Shown here: positions 1-10,981 of the stretch, one piece after another
Layout: every line of letters begins with the position of its first letter
Position numbering within the stretch: position 1 is the first letter of the stretch
DNA from: Nemertoderma westbladi
Taxonomy: Eukaryota > Animalia > Xenacoelomorpha
NCBI GenBank assembly: GCA_032718475.1
Contig: JAUCBJ010008148.1
Coordinates: 1 to 53,859, forward strand
DNA: 53,859 bases
Direction of reading: 5' to 3'
Program-made: the position numbers and the translations under genes
Notes under the pieces: model-generated
What the model was told of the DNA's origin: nothing
Database searches by the model: none
Seen by the model: only the letters and a program-made list of their open reading frames with translations

Positions 1-4
1 CGCC

Positions 5-337
5 GTGAATAGAACAATAGAGCCGCACTCACGGATGTTAATTGAGACGGGTGTTAAAATATATTTACCCGCCAATTATTTTGGAAGAATTACGCCGACT
101 TTTAGCTTGGCAAAAATTGGCATTGATGTTGCAGAATGTGCGGTCGATTCCAGCGTCGCGCGCGGTAATATAGATCAACTTGTAATTATATTGATTAACA
201 ACACATCTAAGGAATACGTTGTAACATCCGGTGATAAAATATGCCAGCTTATATGCCAACAATGTAATGCGGCAATACTCTACGTTTCTAATATTTATTC
301 GGATGATTTTATTTTGGGGTTTTACCGACGAATTTAA
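5..337 (+). pseudogene. dUTPase-like protein, 5' part outside window, catalytic motifs degenerate
   Basis: IEPHSRMLIETGVKIYLPANYFGRI and GDKICQLI match the trimeric dUTPase scaffold. Motif II RSG reads TFS, motif III GVIDxDYRG reads CAVDSSVARG, and no motif V (RGxxGFGS) is seen. Confidence 0.75.
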
Positions 338-482
338 CGCCGTATGGGGAAGAGATTAATTCGGCATTTTACCGCGCATATTAAATATGTGACATTAAAC
401 GCATAACACCAAACTCGGGTGGTGACACATGTCAATACTATTTCAATACTCTTACACGCGATTATACAACATAGTTAATAGA

Positions 483-512
483 GCATATAAATAGGATAAT
501 GTCAGTTCAGTA
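483..512 (+). promoter_or_regulatory. Candidate TATA-like plus initiator promoter of PolB-A
   Basis: GCATATAAAT at 483-492 followed by TCAGTTCAGT. The identical GCATATAAAT lies upstream of the second PolB at 19812-19821. Confidence 0.45.
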
Positions 513-677
513 AATTTTGGTTGGTTAAACGCTTTCTAGTGTGGGTGGCTGGTTGACTGGGTATTGGATATATTTATCTACATAAAATCTGCCGCATCTC
601 GTTCATCGGCATATTGTAAATATGTTTTCTGTACCTACGTTAATAAATATATTATAATCGTAATAATAATAATTATA

Positions 678-3600
678 ATGATGGAGATTAATTGCGTTTT
701 TTGCGGTTGTACTATACTTAAGAAAAATTATTTACGGCATTTACGCACACATTTCGATGGGTATGTTTGCGATAATTGTAATTGCCGAACTACTTCTGAA
801 AGAATAGCAATATTTCACAGTAATAGATGTTGCGGGTTGTCTCGTCCGAATTACACCTACTGCGGTTACACGCTATCCTGCCCGACATGCTCTGATGATT
901 TTGAAAACTTCGATTCATATATCGAACATAGTTGCCATCAAAACCACTACAATTCCCGCAAACGCAAACATAACCAAAAACAATCAGAACCGACATTTCA
1001 ACCGGATCTCAACGTTGGTTTGCCTGTAAGCATCACAAACAGCTCAGATACATCCAACGAAGGTTTTCATCTCTCAACAACATGCCACGAATCCCGCGTT
1101 CAGGAATATACCCATAATGTGTCATCTAATGAGATGTATCCAGATGTGCCGAATTATTTAAATTATATGGGGTTATATGCTTCACGTGCTTTTAACACGA
1201 CAGCATCGGCTTTTATTGATATGTTTTATAAAGTGTGGTTAATTGCTTCGGTGATAATGGAACGCGACGATGCTAATTATACTCTACAAGAAGAATTCCA
1301 TTTTACTTCGATCGGTACAGATAATTATATTGAAAATAGCCCAGATTTTGACGAATGGTACTACGCAGTCATTTCCCATATCGGTGAAAAAATATCACAA
1401 TTTATTAGGCGGGGTAGCGGCTGGAAACTTGTAACTCTATCGCGCATCAAACTTACTATTGCGTCATACTTGCGATCGGCATATCGTTTTGGACATAGCG
1501 GCGATGCCAACCAATCAATCCCAACGAAATTAAAAAATAAACATTGTGTAATAAATGTACCGTGTAATGAAGGTGAATGTTTTAAGTGGGCGGTCCTGAC
1601 AGCAAAATTTTCAAAACATATATCGGATGATCACACACTGCGCCATGTTTCACGCCAAAGTTCTTATAATCAGTATTTAGGGTTTTTTAATTTAAGCGAA
1701 TTAGACTCTACCCTATCATGGAAACTAAATATTCTAAAGTTTGAAAAAAATAATCCAAATTATTTAATAAATTTATTGTATTTTGATAGAAGTAGTGAAA
1801 AAATTTCCTTTCTACGACAACCAAGTGCTAAAAAAGCTGAAGGTAAAAGATTGCTAAATTTATTGCTTATTGAACGTCAAAATTTAACCTCAACAAATCA
1901 CATCGTCGGGGTTTCTAACTTAAATAGATTATTTAACGGTCGTGGGGAAGGCAATAGCGACACTCATTGTCATCGTTGTGAGCGGTGTATTCGCGGTTTC
2001 TACAGTCCAAATGCGTTAGAACGCCATAGATTGTGGTGTTGGCAAGGTGGACGTCAAATAGAGGAGATGCCATCTAAACTGAATTTACGCTTTACTAATT
2101 ACTATAAGTCTGTGAGCACACCTTTCATAGTATATATGGATTTCGAAGTGGTACTAGCCCCAACAAATAATGTAAAAAAATATTATATAGCCGAACATCT
2201 CCCGTCGGCTGTTTCATATTTGATTGTCTCCAATGGTGAATTAATTAACCCCCCAAATTATTTTTTGTCTACATTTAGGCAAAATATCGATAATAACTCG
2301 GTACAGAATTTTATCGATAGTCTAGTTTTTGATTTATTTAAGTGTTATGAATGGTCTACCTTTAACACACACCACCCCAAACACCTGGATCACACACAAT
2401 ACCAAGCTTATATGCGTACCACAAATTGCTTTAATTGTAAATCATTTTTTCGGAAAGATATAAATCCAAGTGTGATGCATCACAACCATTACAATGGGGC
2501 TTTCATTGGTGCGGCGTGTATTTCCTGTAATAAACAATTAAGCGTTAAACGTCACCTATTCCCAGTTGTCTGTCATAATTTTTTTTTTTATGATTCACAT
2601 TTAATTTTACAAAAAGGGTTTGCCGGTAGTAAATATAAAAATTGGAACATTGAAACCATTGCAAAAAATACTGAAAGATATATCTCACTCCGCATCGATA
2701 TTCCAACGTCAGAAGCACTTAGCGTGCTTGGTTATGCTATTCCAGAAAAGGACGTAAGAGGGCTCCCAACCAGCAAATCAATAACTATACAGTTTATTGA
2801 TTCATTCGCATTTATGGGATTTTCCCTTTCTGCTTTGGCTGGGTTTTTGACAAAAGATGTGTCAGATTTAACAACCGTTATTCCGCACACCGTGAAGCAA
2901 ATGAGAAAATTATATCCAAATGTGAGGTTTGATCAAGAAATCGACCTACCGTTGCAAAATATTATTTCACAGAATTAGAGGTTGAAGTCAAAATAGTTCA
3001 TTTGGTATTAAAATATCGCATTTTATTTTTTTACTTTTTCTAGATCAGAATTTTTTGCTAATTCTGAAACTGTAAACGAAATTTTCATATCTATATTAGT
3101 TTTGGAGTTATTTGATTTTTTGTAGACCTCACTCATTTTGAAATTATTATAAATAAGTGACCAATTATTTGTAAGATTCAGTAACAGTATTACTTTTTCA
3201 AAATACTATAATTGTATTTGTCCTACAGGATAATTTTTGCTATGAGTTTTCCTGTTCTGTGATTTCATTTCAATTGTTACTTTCCACGGCTGACAGATTA
3301 TAGACTGTCGATCAGTCTTTTTGTCTGTCTGTCTGTGTGTCCGTTTGTCTGTCAGAAATTAGGGAAACATGATATCTAACAAAATGTTTTGCTTTGGGGG
3401 TTTTCTCGGAAGGCGATTCCATTTCCAATGTCGATTTATGGGTTTGACGCGATCCTGACTGTCTGGATGTCTGTTAGTGAGTTGAGTTTGTCTGTCTGTG
3501 TGTCGGTTTGTCTGTCAAAAATTAGCGAAACATGATATCTAACAAAATGTTTTGGTTTGGGAGTTTTCTTTGAAGGCGATTCCATTTCCAATGTTGATTT

Positions 3601-6541
3601 ATGGGTTTGACGCGATCCTGACTGTCTGGAGTCGTGTTAGTCAGTCTGTCTGTCTGTCTGTGTGTCGGTTTGTCTGTCAAAAATTATGGAAACATGAGAT
3701 CTAACAAAATGTTTTGCTTTTGGGTGAAATTAAATCACCGACCAAGAAAACCCCATAATTGTTTGTTAATTTGAGATATTTCTCAATTTTGACAGACAAG
3801 CAGACAGAAAGACCGACAGACAGACAGACGTACAAATTAAATAATCAATCAAAAGTAAAAATAGATATCGGAAATGAAATCACCGACCAAGAAAACCCCA
3901 TAAATAAATTTGTTTGTTAATTTGATTTATTTCTCAATTTTTACAGACAAACCGACAGACAGACAGACAGACAAACAGACAGAACGTCTAGATTTCTTCA
4001 AACTGAAAAAGTGAAATTTTAACTGTAATTAACACCCAGTGACATTTTAAATGTTATCACCACCTAGAAAAACCCGATAACACAAATTTTGAATAGTTTG
4101 TGCGCTTCTTAAATTTTAACAGACAGACAGACATACCAAAAACAGACAGACTGACTGACATGCAAACAATCGTCTAGAATCGGTAAATAGTGAAAACCGA
4201 CATCGTATTTGAAATCATCGGTAAATAAAAACCCAATAGCAAAAAAAATTAGGTGGTGGTGCTTTATTTATTTATTTGTTACATTTTTGACTGACAAACA
4301 GACAAGTATTCATACAAACAGACAGAGTGACCTCCAATAGAAATAAAAATTAAAAAATTTTCGCCTAAGGTCCATTCACTGATGTGTATCAGAATTCTGA
4401 CGTATATACCTAATTTTTTACAAGTCTGCTTTGAAATATCGTAAAAGTTTTCATTTGAAAATCCCCCCAATTACAGAATATTGGCGGGAACGTTTGAAAC
4501 TCTCATAACTTGAAAGGCGTTTTTCTCAAAACTTTGTTAATATTTGGTCATAAGACTACTAATTTTCAAAACTCAATATCTCGACAACACTTTATCGGAT
4601 TTAAAATCTGTTTTCAGTGTTCGATTCAGCATAAAAATGTGTATTTGAATCAATAAAAAAACACAAAATAATTTTTTGTGACCGTAGGTCGGTTTCTTGA
4701 TCAAACCTCACAAATGTTACCGACGAAATTTTACGTCGTAAGTCATTTTTCCTTACGAATATGTCGATTCCTTAAGTAAATTGGAGGATACTAAATTACC
4801 ACATCCAAAAGAGTTTTACAGTGAATTAACATTATCATCTATTAGCCCCGAAGAATATACATTTGCACATCTTTCGTGGGAGCAATTTCAATGTAAGACA
4901 CTTTTTGATTATTTGGAAGCTTACTTACATCTTGACGTTTTGCTGCTAGCCGATATTTTTGAAAATTTTCGTGCATATTGTACTAAACATTATTCGCTTG
5001 AGGTGTCGAACTATTACACGATGGCAGGGGTTAGTTGGGACGCGGCTTTGAGATTTTCCAAGTCACATATTCGTCTACTTGCAGACCATGAAATGTATTT
5101 AACATTCGAAAATTCCATTAGGGGCGGAGTTTCTTACACCAACCTTCATATGGCAAATGCGAATATACCAGGCACAGAAACATACGACCCTAATAAACCA
5201 GAAGCTCATTTATATAATTTAGATTTCAACAGTTTATATAGCGGTTCTTTGTCGGAGAAACTTCCTTATTCTGACTTTGAATGGTTGGATGTTGATAGTG
5301 TCGATATCATGAGTCTGGAAATTGGTGATATATATGGATACTTCGCAATTGTAGACCTCGAATACCCAATGACTATTCATGATGCCACAGCTGAGCTTCC
5401 ATTTGCACCGGAGCATATTAAACTCGATAGTAGGTATCTCAGCCCGCACATGAAAAGTCTTTGGCGACATTATAATGGCGATAAAATTTTCAATAGCCCA
5501 GCAAAAAAATTGATGTTAACCCAATTTGATAAGTATGAGTACGGCGTGCATCTAAAATTATTGCGCTTTTATATTCATCATGGTATGCGTTTGATTAAAG
5601 TTCATAAACTTATTAGATTTAAGCAAGGTTACATTTTTAAGGATTTTATTGAATATAACACGCAGCAAAGAAAAATTGCGCGCAATGACTTTTATGATAA
5701 GTTTCACAAAGGAACAAATAACGCGCTTTTCGGGAAAAGCATGGAGAATATACGGGACCGTGTCTCATTTCGCTTATGTAATTCAATCGAGAAATGTGAC
5801 TTATTATTATCCAAGCCGAATCACGAAAATTTAATTATGTTCACTGATTCATTATCAGGTCACGTCCTATCTAAGACTGCGGTTTGTTTGCATAAACCTA
5901 TTTTTTTAGGCCAAGCTGTGTTGGACTTGTCAAAGTTAGATTACTACACTTTTTTCTACGATAAGTTAAAGCCCATGGAAGCCGAATTAAATTGTAGTAT
6001 AAATTTGCTAGGTGGGGACACGGATTCTTTTTTTTTACAGTGTGTTGGTTTATCCCAACACCAATTTTTATCTGCGTTACAATCAAAAAAAGTTTTAGAC
6101 TGTTCAAATTACCCTATTACGCATCCGTTGTATACAGTAGAACAGAAAGGGAAATATAGATATTTAAAGGATGAAGGGAAGTCTATCCCGTTTGACCAGG
6201 TTATTTTACTTAGACCAAAATGTTATAGCTTTCGTGGGGGGTCAGTTCCAAAACGTGTCGCTAAAGGCGTAGGAAAAATGGTTATAAAAAAGAAACTCTC
6301 CCACGAATCATATTTAAAAGTATATAACGAGGTTAGCGAGCATTACGAATACAGTCAAAGGTTTCAATCTGATTTACATAAAATATACACCGTTTCACAA
6401 AGAAAAAAATCGCTAACACTGTGGGAAGATAAAAGGTACTACACATCGACTAATGAAAGTCTACCTTACGGTCATTATAAAACACATTTGGATCGTAAAG
6501 CGCCTGCCCCTAAGCTTTATATGCCGCCCATTATAGAATAG
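678..6541 (+). pseudogene. Protein-primed family B DNA polymerase (Polinton pPolB with endonuclease VII-like insert), interrupted by a TIR element and a 1 nt frameshift
   Basis: N-terminal Zn fingers, CFKWAV...NH cysteine-protease-like region, ExoI YMDFE, endoVII-like CxxC..HHNH..G..CxxCN, ExoII HNFFFYD, ExoIII YLHLD, Pol motifs DFNSLY, KGTNNALFGK and GGDTDS. Removing 2921-4712 restores LYPNVTDEILRRKSF; one more T is needed in the T-run near 4746-4750 to reach PYEYVDS. Likely start is ATG 678 or 681. Confidence 0.93.
2921..4712. mobile_element. Non-autonomous TIR DNA transposon (about 1.79 kb) inserted in PolB-A
   Basis: 29 bp TIR TGTGAGGTTTGATCAAGAAA(T/C)CGACCTAC at both ends; empty site reconstructs as TATCCAAATGTTACC. 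Internal ~175 bp units with (TGTC)n on the left and (GACA)n on the right; no transposase ORF. Confidence 0.9.
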
Positions 6542-6550
6542 CGGATTGCG

Positions 6551-7111
6551 ATGTCTTTTAGTATTGTCAACAGTAATATAAGTTTGAGGTTGGGTGATGG
6601 GTGCATATCATTCGATGTGCTGGCTAAACGAATTCGAAATGGAAAACTCATCTTAAAGCCTTACCAATATATCGCCAAAATTTGCGGATGGACGTGTCTC
6701 TTTTTCCCGAGCGGTAAGGTCACTGTACTCGGTAAATCACCTAAAATAAAAAAAATTATTAAGTATATATATAAGCATACTGATTATAAACTAACTTTTA
6801 TTTCAATCAATAGCCAAACTTATATTATTAACAATCTAGACATAGACTATAGCAAATTAATGAAAACGGTTGGGTTTCATTTTTTAGATAATTATTATAA
6901 TGTGGAGGTGAAATATGAGCCGGAGATATTTAATAATATTCTTGTGCAGTTTTATCGTCGGGGTAAAACTAGTTCTAATATCATAACATTTTGCGTTTTT
7001 TACACACGAAATGTTGTGTGTATGGCAAGACCCGAGATATTTCGAGTATTTTTTCCAAAGTTTTTGAATTTTATTGGTAATTTAGATAGTCATTTAGGTA
7101 GAAATATTTAA
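6551..7111 (+). CDS. TATA-binding protein (TBP)-like protein, 186 aa
   Basis: Two TBP-like half repeats: SIVNSNISLRLG..LAKRIRN..TCLFFPSGKVTVLG (TBP: QNIVSTVNLG..IALRARN..TALIFSSGKMVCTG) and YEPEIF..FCVFYTRNVVCMA (TBP: YEPELF..LLIFVSGKVVLTG). Length matches a TBP core domain. Confidence 0.8.
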   Translation: MSFSIVNSNISLRLGDGCISFDVLAKRIRNGKLILKPYQYIAKICGWTCLFFPSGKVTVLGKSPKIKKIIKYIYKHTDYKLTFISINSQTYIINNLDIDYSKLMKTVGFHFLDNYYNVEVKYEPEIFNNILVQFYRRGKTSSNIITFCVFYTRNVVCMARPEIFRVFFPKFLNFIGNLDSHLGRNI

Positions 7112-7129
7112 TTTTTTCATTTTTTGGTG

Positions 7130-7850
7130 TCAGTTTTAGGTTTGTCCGGTGGGATCTCGTTAGGTTTTTAAATAAACGCGGATATTACCATTATTCACAT
7201 TATATATATAATGTGTTTTATCGGTAGTCTTAGGTTGTCAAGGGTGCTGATTTCATTTCTGATGTCAGTTTTAAATTTACATAAATCTAGTCTGTCTGTC
7301 TTCGGTTTGTCAGTCTTTCTGTCAGTCAGTCAGTCTGTCAAAACTTAAAAAAGTTTGAATTTTATTAGTAATTTGGGTAGTATTTGTTAATTAGAAATTT
7401 CATAAAAATTTTTCGAAAAATTAAAATGTTCGTTTTTGAAAAATTTAAAAATTTTGAAAGTTTGCCCTTTAGGATCTCGTTTGGTTTTTAAATGCGGATA
7501 TTATCATTGTTCCCTTGATATATATATATATAATGTGTTTTATTGATGGTCTTGGGTTTTAGGGGGTGCTGATTTCATTTCTGATGTCAGTTTTTACATT
7601 TACATAAATCTAGTCTGTCTGTCTGTCGGTCTGTCAGTCAGTCAGTCTGTTAAAACTTAAAAAAGTTTGAATTTTATTAGTAATTTGGGTAGTAATATTT
7701 AATTAGAAATTTCATAAAATTTTTCGAAAAATTAAAAGTTTCATTTTTGAATAATTTCGAAATTTTGTAGGTTTGTCCTGTGGGATCACGTTTGGTTTTT
7801 TAAACGTGGATTTGTGTTCTTAATTATTGATGTTAGGTTTTAAAGAGTGC
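7130..7850. repeat. About 2.3 tandem copies of a ~320 bp AT-rich unit with (TGTC/AGTC)n, related to the internal repeats of the 2921-4712 element
   Basis: GTGCTGATTTCATTTCTGATGTCAGTTT at ~7244 and ~7566 resembles the reverse complement of TCGGAAATGAAATCACCGACC at ~3868. Confidence 0.7.
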
Positions 7851-7984
7851 CGGTTTCTATAATTGCTCGGTTTTATCACGTGAAAAACCCCACCCACGCA
7901 TATAATAGATACTATTTATAACGGTGGTGGTGTTTTATTACTTACTATTATTGTTCTCGTTTATATAAGTTATTAATATATGTA

Positions 7985-8446
7985 ATGAAATCACTCAAAG
8001 CTTTAATTAAACAATTTGATGGGGATTTAAAGTTCTTATCTAACGCCTCCCCCAACCGTAGAAAAACCTTCTTACGTGTCGGCGGAACCGACGAACTTAT
8101 AAGTTTTCTAATTAATATTATTCTAAATGTATTAAATGGTAACGTAAAAATTCCTGAGCAAACAATCGCGAGGTTAAAACGCCATAAAAAAACAATACGC
8201 GAGATCGCTAAAAAACCAAAAGCCAAGTATCCCATTCGAATTTATCGTAAACGATTGGTGCAAAGGGGCGGATTTATAAATCTACTAATCTCTGGTTTAA
8301 TGAGTGGGCTTAACGCTTATCAGAAAATATCACCCATAATAACGGCTGTAAGAGGCAGAAAATTAGCCCAATCCCGCCGGGGGTATAGACCTACTACCTC
8401 TGGCACACGCGTCAACCGTCAAGTTTCTAGGTTTCCCATCTACTGA
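7985..8446 (+). CDS. Polinton conserved basic virion/core-like protein with a QxGG adenain-type cleavage motif
   Basis: LNVLNGNV..LKRHKK..LVQRGGFINLLISGL; homolog at 26985-27371. Confidence 0.75.
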   Translation: MKSLKALIKQFDGDLKFLSNASPNRRKTFLRVGGTDELISFLINIILNVLNGNVKIPEQTIARLKRHKKTIREIAKKPKAKYPIRIYRKRLVQRGGFINLLISGLMSGLNAYQKISPIITAVRGRKLAQSRRGYRPTTSGTRVNRQVSRFPIY

Positions 8447-8463
8447 GTGGCTACCTATCAACA

Positions 8464-9174
8464 ATGTCCCGAGAGCCGACGATATCACGGGAACCAATCA
8501 CATCATACGACGCCTCTTTCAAGATGGGTTCGGCCATGATTATTGCGGGTCCAAGTTCTTCCAGAAAAACAGTGTTGGTATCAAAAATTGTAAAAAATAA
8601 AAATTTAGTTTTTGATATAACCCCGAAGCGTGTATTATTCTTTTATGGCGCCACCCCGCCAGAATTCCCGGGTATAACACATCTATTCAAAGGTTTACCG
8701 CAAAAAATTAATTCTATTTTCCGCGAAAACGATCTAATTATTATAGACAACTTGTTAAGCGAAAGTAAGAGTGATGAGAGTTTGACAGAAAGCTTCACAA
8801 AAACCTACCATCATACTTCCTGTTTCATTATCTATATAACACAAAATTTCTTCAGTAAAGGGGCGGAAACACGGACTAGAAGTCTAAATGCCCAATATTG
8901 TATTTTCACAAAAAATCCCCGCGACGCAAGTCAAATAAGCTATATAGCGCAGCAAGTGTACCCAAAAAATAGCAATTTTATTGTTCAAGCATATAGTGAC
9001 GCCACACAAAAACCATTCACACACCTTCTCTTAGACTTTCATCAAAAAACGGATGATAGTATAAGAGTTAGGGGTGATATTTTCAACCCATTAGGGCAAA
9101 CTGTTTATCAACCCGCGAATATGAACTCTAACACACCTCACCAACGCCCCGAGGCTCAGTCTATACCGCAGTAG
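8464..9174 (+). CDS. FtsK-HerA/A32-like genome packaging ATPase with mutated Walker motifs
   Basis: IIAGPSSSRKT (Walker A, normally GPSGSGKT), LIIIDN (Walker B, normally DD), HH..ITQNFF, SLNAQY, KNPRD. Confidence 0.9.
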   Translation: MSREPTISREPITSYDASFKMGSAMIIAGPSSSRKTVLVSKIVKNKNLVFDITPKRVLFFYGATPPEFPGITHLFKGLPQKINSIFRENDLIIIDNLLSESKSDESLTESFTKTYHHTSCFIIYITQNFFSKGAETRTRSLNAQYCIFTKNPRDASQISYIAQQVYPKNSNFIVQAYSDATQKPFTHLLLDFHQKTDDSIRVRGDIFNPLGQTVYQPANMNSNTPHQRPEAQSIPQ

Positions 9175-9295
9175 CGACGCCGCGCTAAAACCATTTTCAC
9201 ACATTGTTTAGACTTTCACCAAAATTAGGTTATTATCGGTCCATGAACGTGAACTCTAGTATATAGTATTAATATATTAATAATGATATATAACG

Positions 9296-9757
9296 ATGAA
9301 AAATAACGAGATTAGCCTCGGAAATTTTAAGAAGTTGTATCTAGTTTCTACTTTATTAACGGATACTTATAATAATAATAATAAGAAAAGCAATAATATA
9401 ATACAACCGCTAGATGGTGTGACAATTTCATCCCAGAAAGCCAAACGATTGTTGAGTTATTTGATGCGATTCTCGCGAGACAGAGTACGGTGGAGCGATA
9501 ATAATAAACTCTATATAGAAAATAAACTTATTCCCGGAGCAAATATTGATCATTTGATTGAATTGCTGACTACAAAAAAAAATAAGAAAAACACCGAAAT
9601 AATTCCAGGACAAGCAACATTTTTGGGGTTATTAAAACGATTAAGGATACCAAAACGATTAATTGGTCGCGGTTGGTTGAAACGGCAAAGGGTCCGCGTG
9701 ACCCCTTCCAACACAAAACGCGTCGACGCGTGGAAACAATACATAGGACTACAATAA
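9296..9757 (+). CDS. Conserved Polinton protein of unknown function
   Basis: KAKRLL..VRW..IPGANIDHLI..PGQATF..L..LRIP pattern commonly found just upstream of Polinton integrases. Confidence 0.65.
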   Translation: MKNNEISLGNFKKLYLVSTLLTDTYNNNNKKSNNIIQPLDGVTISSQKAKRLLSYLMRFSRDRVRWSDNNKLYIENKLIPGANIDHLIELLTTKKNKKNTEIIPGQATFLGLLKRLRIPKRLIGRGWLKRQRVRVTPSNTKRVDAWKQYIGLQ

Positions 9758-9881
9758 ATCGACGTGTGGAAACAAAGCGCAGGATAACATTAAAATAGTA
9801 GTAGTAGTATGTTTTTTGAACGTTTCATATTAAGTATTAACTGTCATTGCAAGTGTTTTCTTTCACGACACGACACAACCG

Positions 9882-10967
9882 ATGGGGAGAATCGTAGAAA
9901 ATCGAACAAACAAACGACTGGGAAGAATATATTACGATGTTTCAAATGCTGCCGGTTTCGCGAGCGTAACCAAACTAGCGAAAGCCGCTAAAGTTACGAG
10001 AAATCGCGCAAAAGAATGGTTGAGCTCCCAACGAACGTATTCCCTACACGCGCCGGCTAGGCGCCATTACCCGACATCAAAAATCTTCACGAGCGGTATT
10101 GGTGATCTATACCAAGCGGATTTGTGCGATATGCAACCTTTTAGGGGTGAGAATAATGGCTACGGTTACATACTTACTTGTATTGACTGTTTTAGTCGGA
10201 AGGCGTGGGCGTTGGGTCTAAAACGTAAAACAGGGGTCGAAATTAAAAGGGCCCTAGCCACGATATTTGAAGATAGAAAACCTAAACGGCTAGCGGTTGA
10301 TCAAGGAACTGAGTTTGTTAATAAATTGGTGAAAGATTTCTTACTGAACAATAATGTTCATTTTTATACTTTAGTTAGCCAATTTAAAGCTAGTATCTGT
10401 GAAAGGCTGAATCGCACCCTCAAATCTCGCATGTACAGAATTTTCATGAGGAAACAGAATAGAGAATGGATGGGTATATTACCAAAAATATTGGTTGCAT
10501 ATAATAATTCAATACATAGAACCATTGGTATGGCACCAAACTCTGTCAATAAAAAGAATGAAACTGACCTATTTTTAAAACTATATGGGAGTGTGGGTCA
10601 TCCCAATAAAAGAAAACGCCGTGCGCAGCGTCGAGTTCATTTCAAGGTTGGTGATAAGGTGCGGCTGAGTTTAGCTAGAAAGCCATTTGACAAAGGTTAT
10701 ACACCTAATTATACTGTAGAAATTTTCAAAATTTACAGAATAAGATTGGATCGAGAGCCGTACCCTATGTACGAAGTTGCGGACTCGAATGGGCGCGTTA
10801 TAAAGGGGACATTTTATCGGCATGAAATCCAAAAGGTAATAGAACCATTTCAATTCCTACCAATTGAAAAAATAATTAAAGAAAAAGTAAATAAAAGCGG
10901 CAAAAAGCAATATTTGGTTAAATTTGTTGGTTTTGCGGCACATCGGTGGGTTGATCACGTACAATAA
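9882..10967 (+). CDS. Retroviral-like (rve) integrase with C-terminal chromodomain-like region
   Basis: YYD...GF, DDE triad in YQADLCDM / AVDQGTEF / ICERLNRT, YNNSIHRTIGMAP, FKVGDKVR, YLVKFVGF..W. Confidence 0.95.
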   Translation: MGRIVENRTNKRLGRIYYDVSNAAGFASVTKLAKAAKVTRNRAKEWLSSQRTYSLHAPARRHYPTSKIFTSGIGDLYQADLCDMQPFRGENNGYGYILTCIDCFSRKAWALGLKRKTGVEIKRALATIFEDRKPKRLAVDQGTEFVNKLVKDFLLNNNVHFYTLVSQFKASICERLNRTLKSRMYRIFMRKQNREWMGILPKILVAYNNSIHRTIGMAPNSVNKKNETDLFLKLYGSVGHPNKRKRRAQRRVHFKVGDKVRLSLARKPFDKGYTPNYTVEIFKIYRIRLDREPYPMYEVADSNGRVIKGTFYRHEIQKVIEPFQFLPIEKIIKEKVNKSGKKQYLVKFVGFAAHRWVDHVQ

Positions 10968-10981
10968 TTAATTATATTATT

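Noticed and set aside
564-677. Hydrophobic N-terminal extension of PolB
   Set aside because: TTG start and a poly-Ile run from (ATA)n; homology with the second PolB begins at ATG 678/681.
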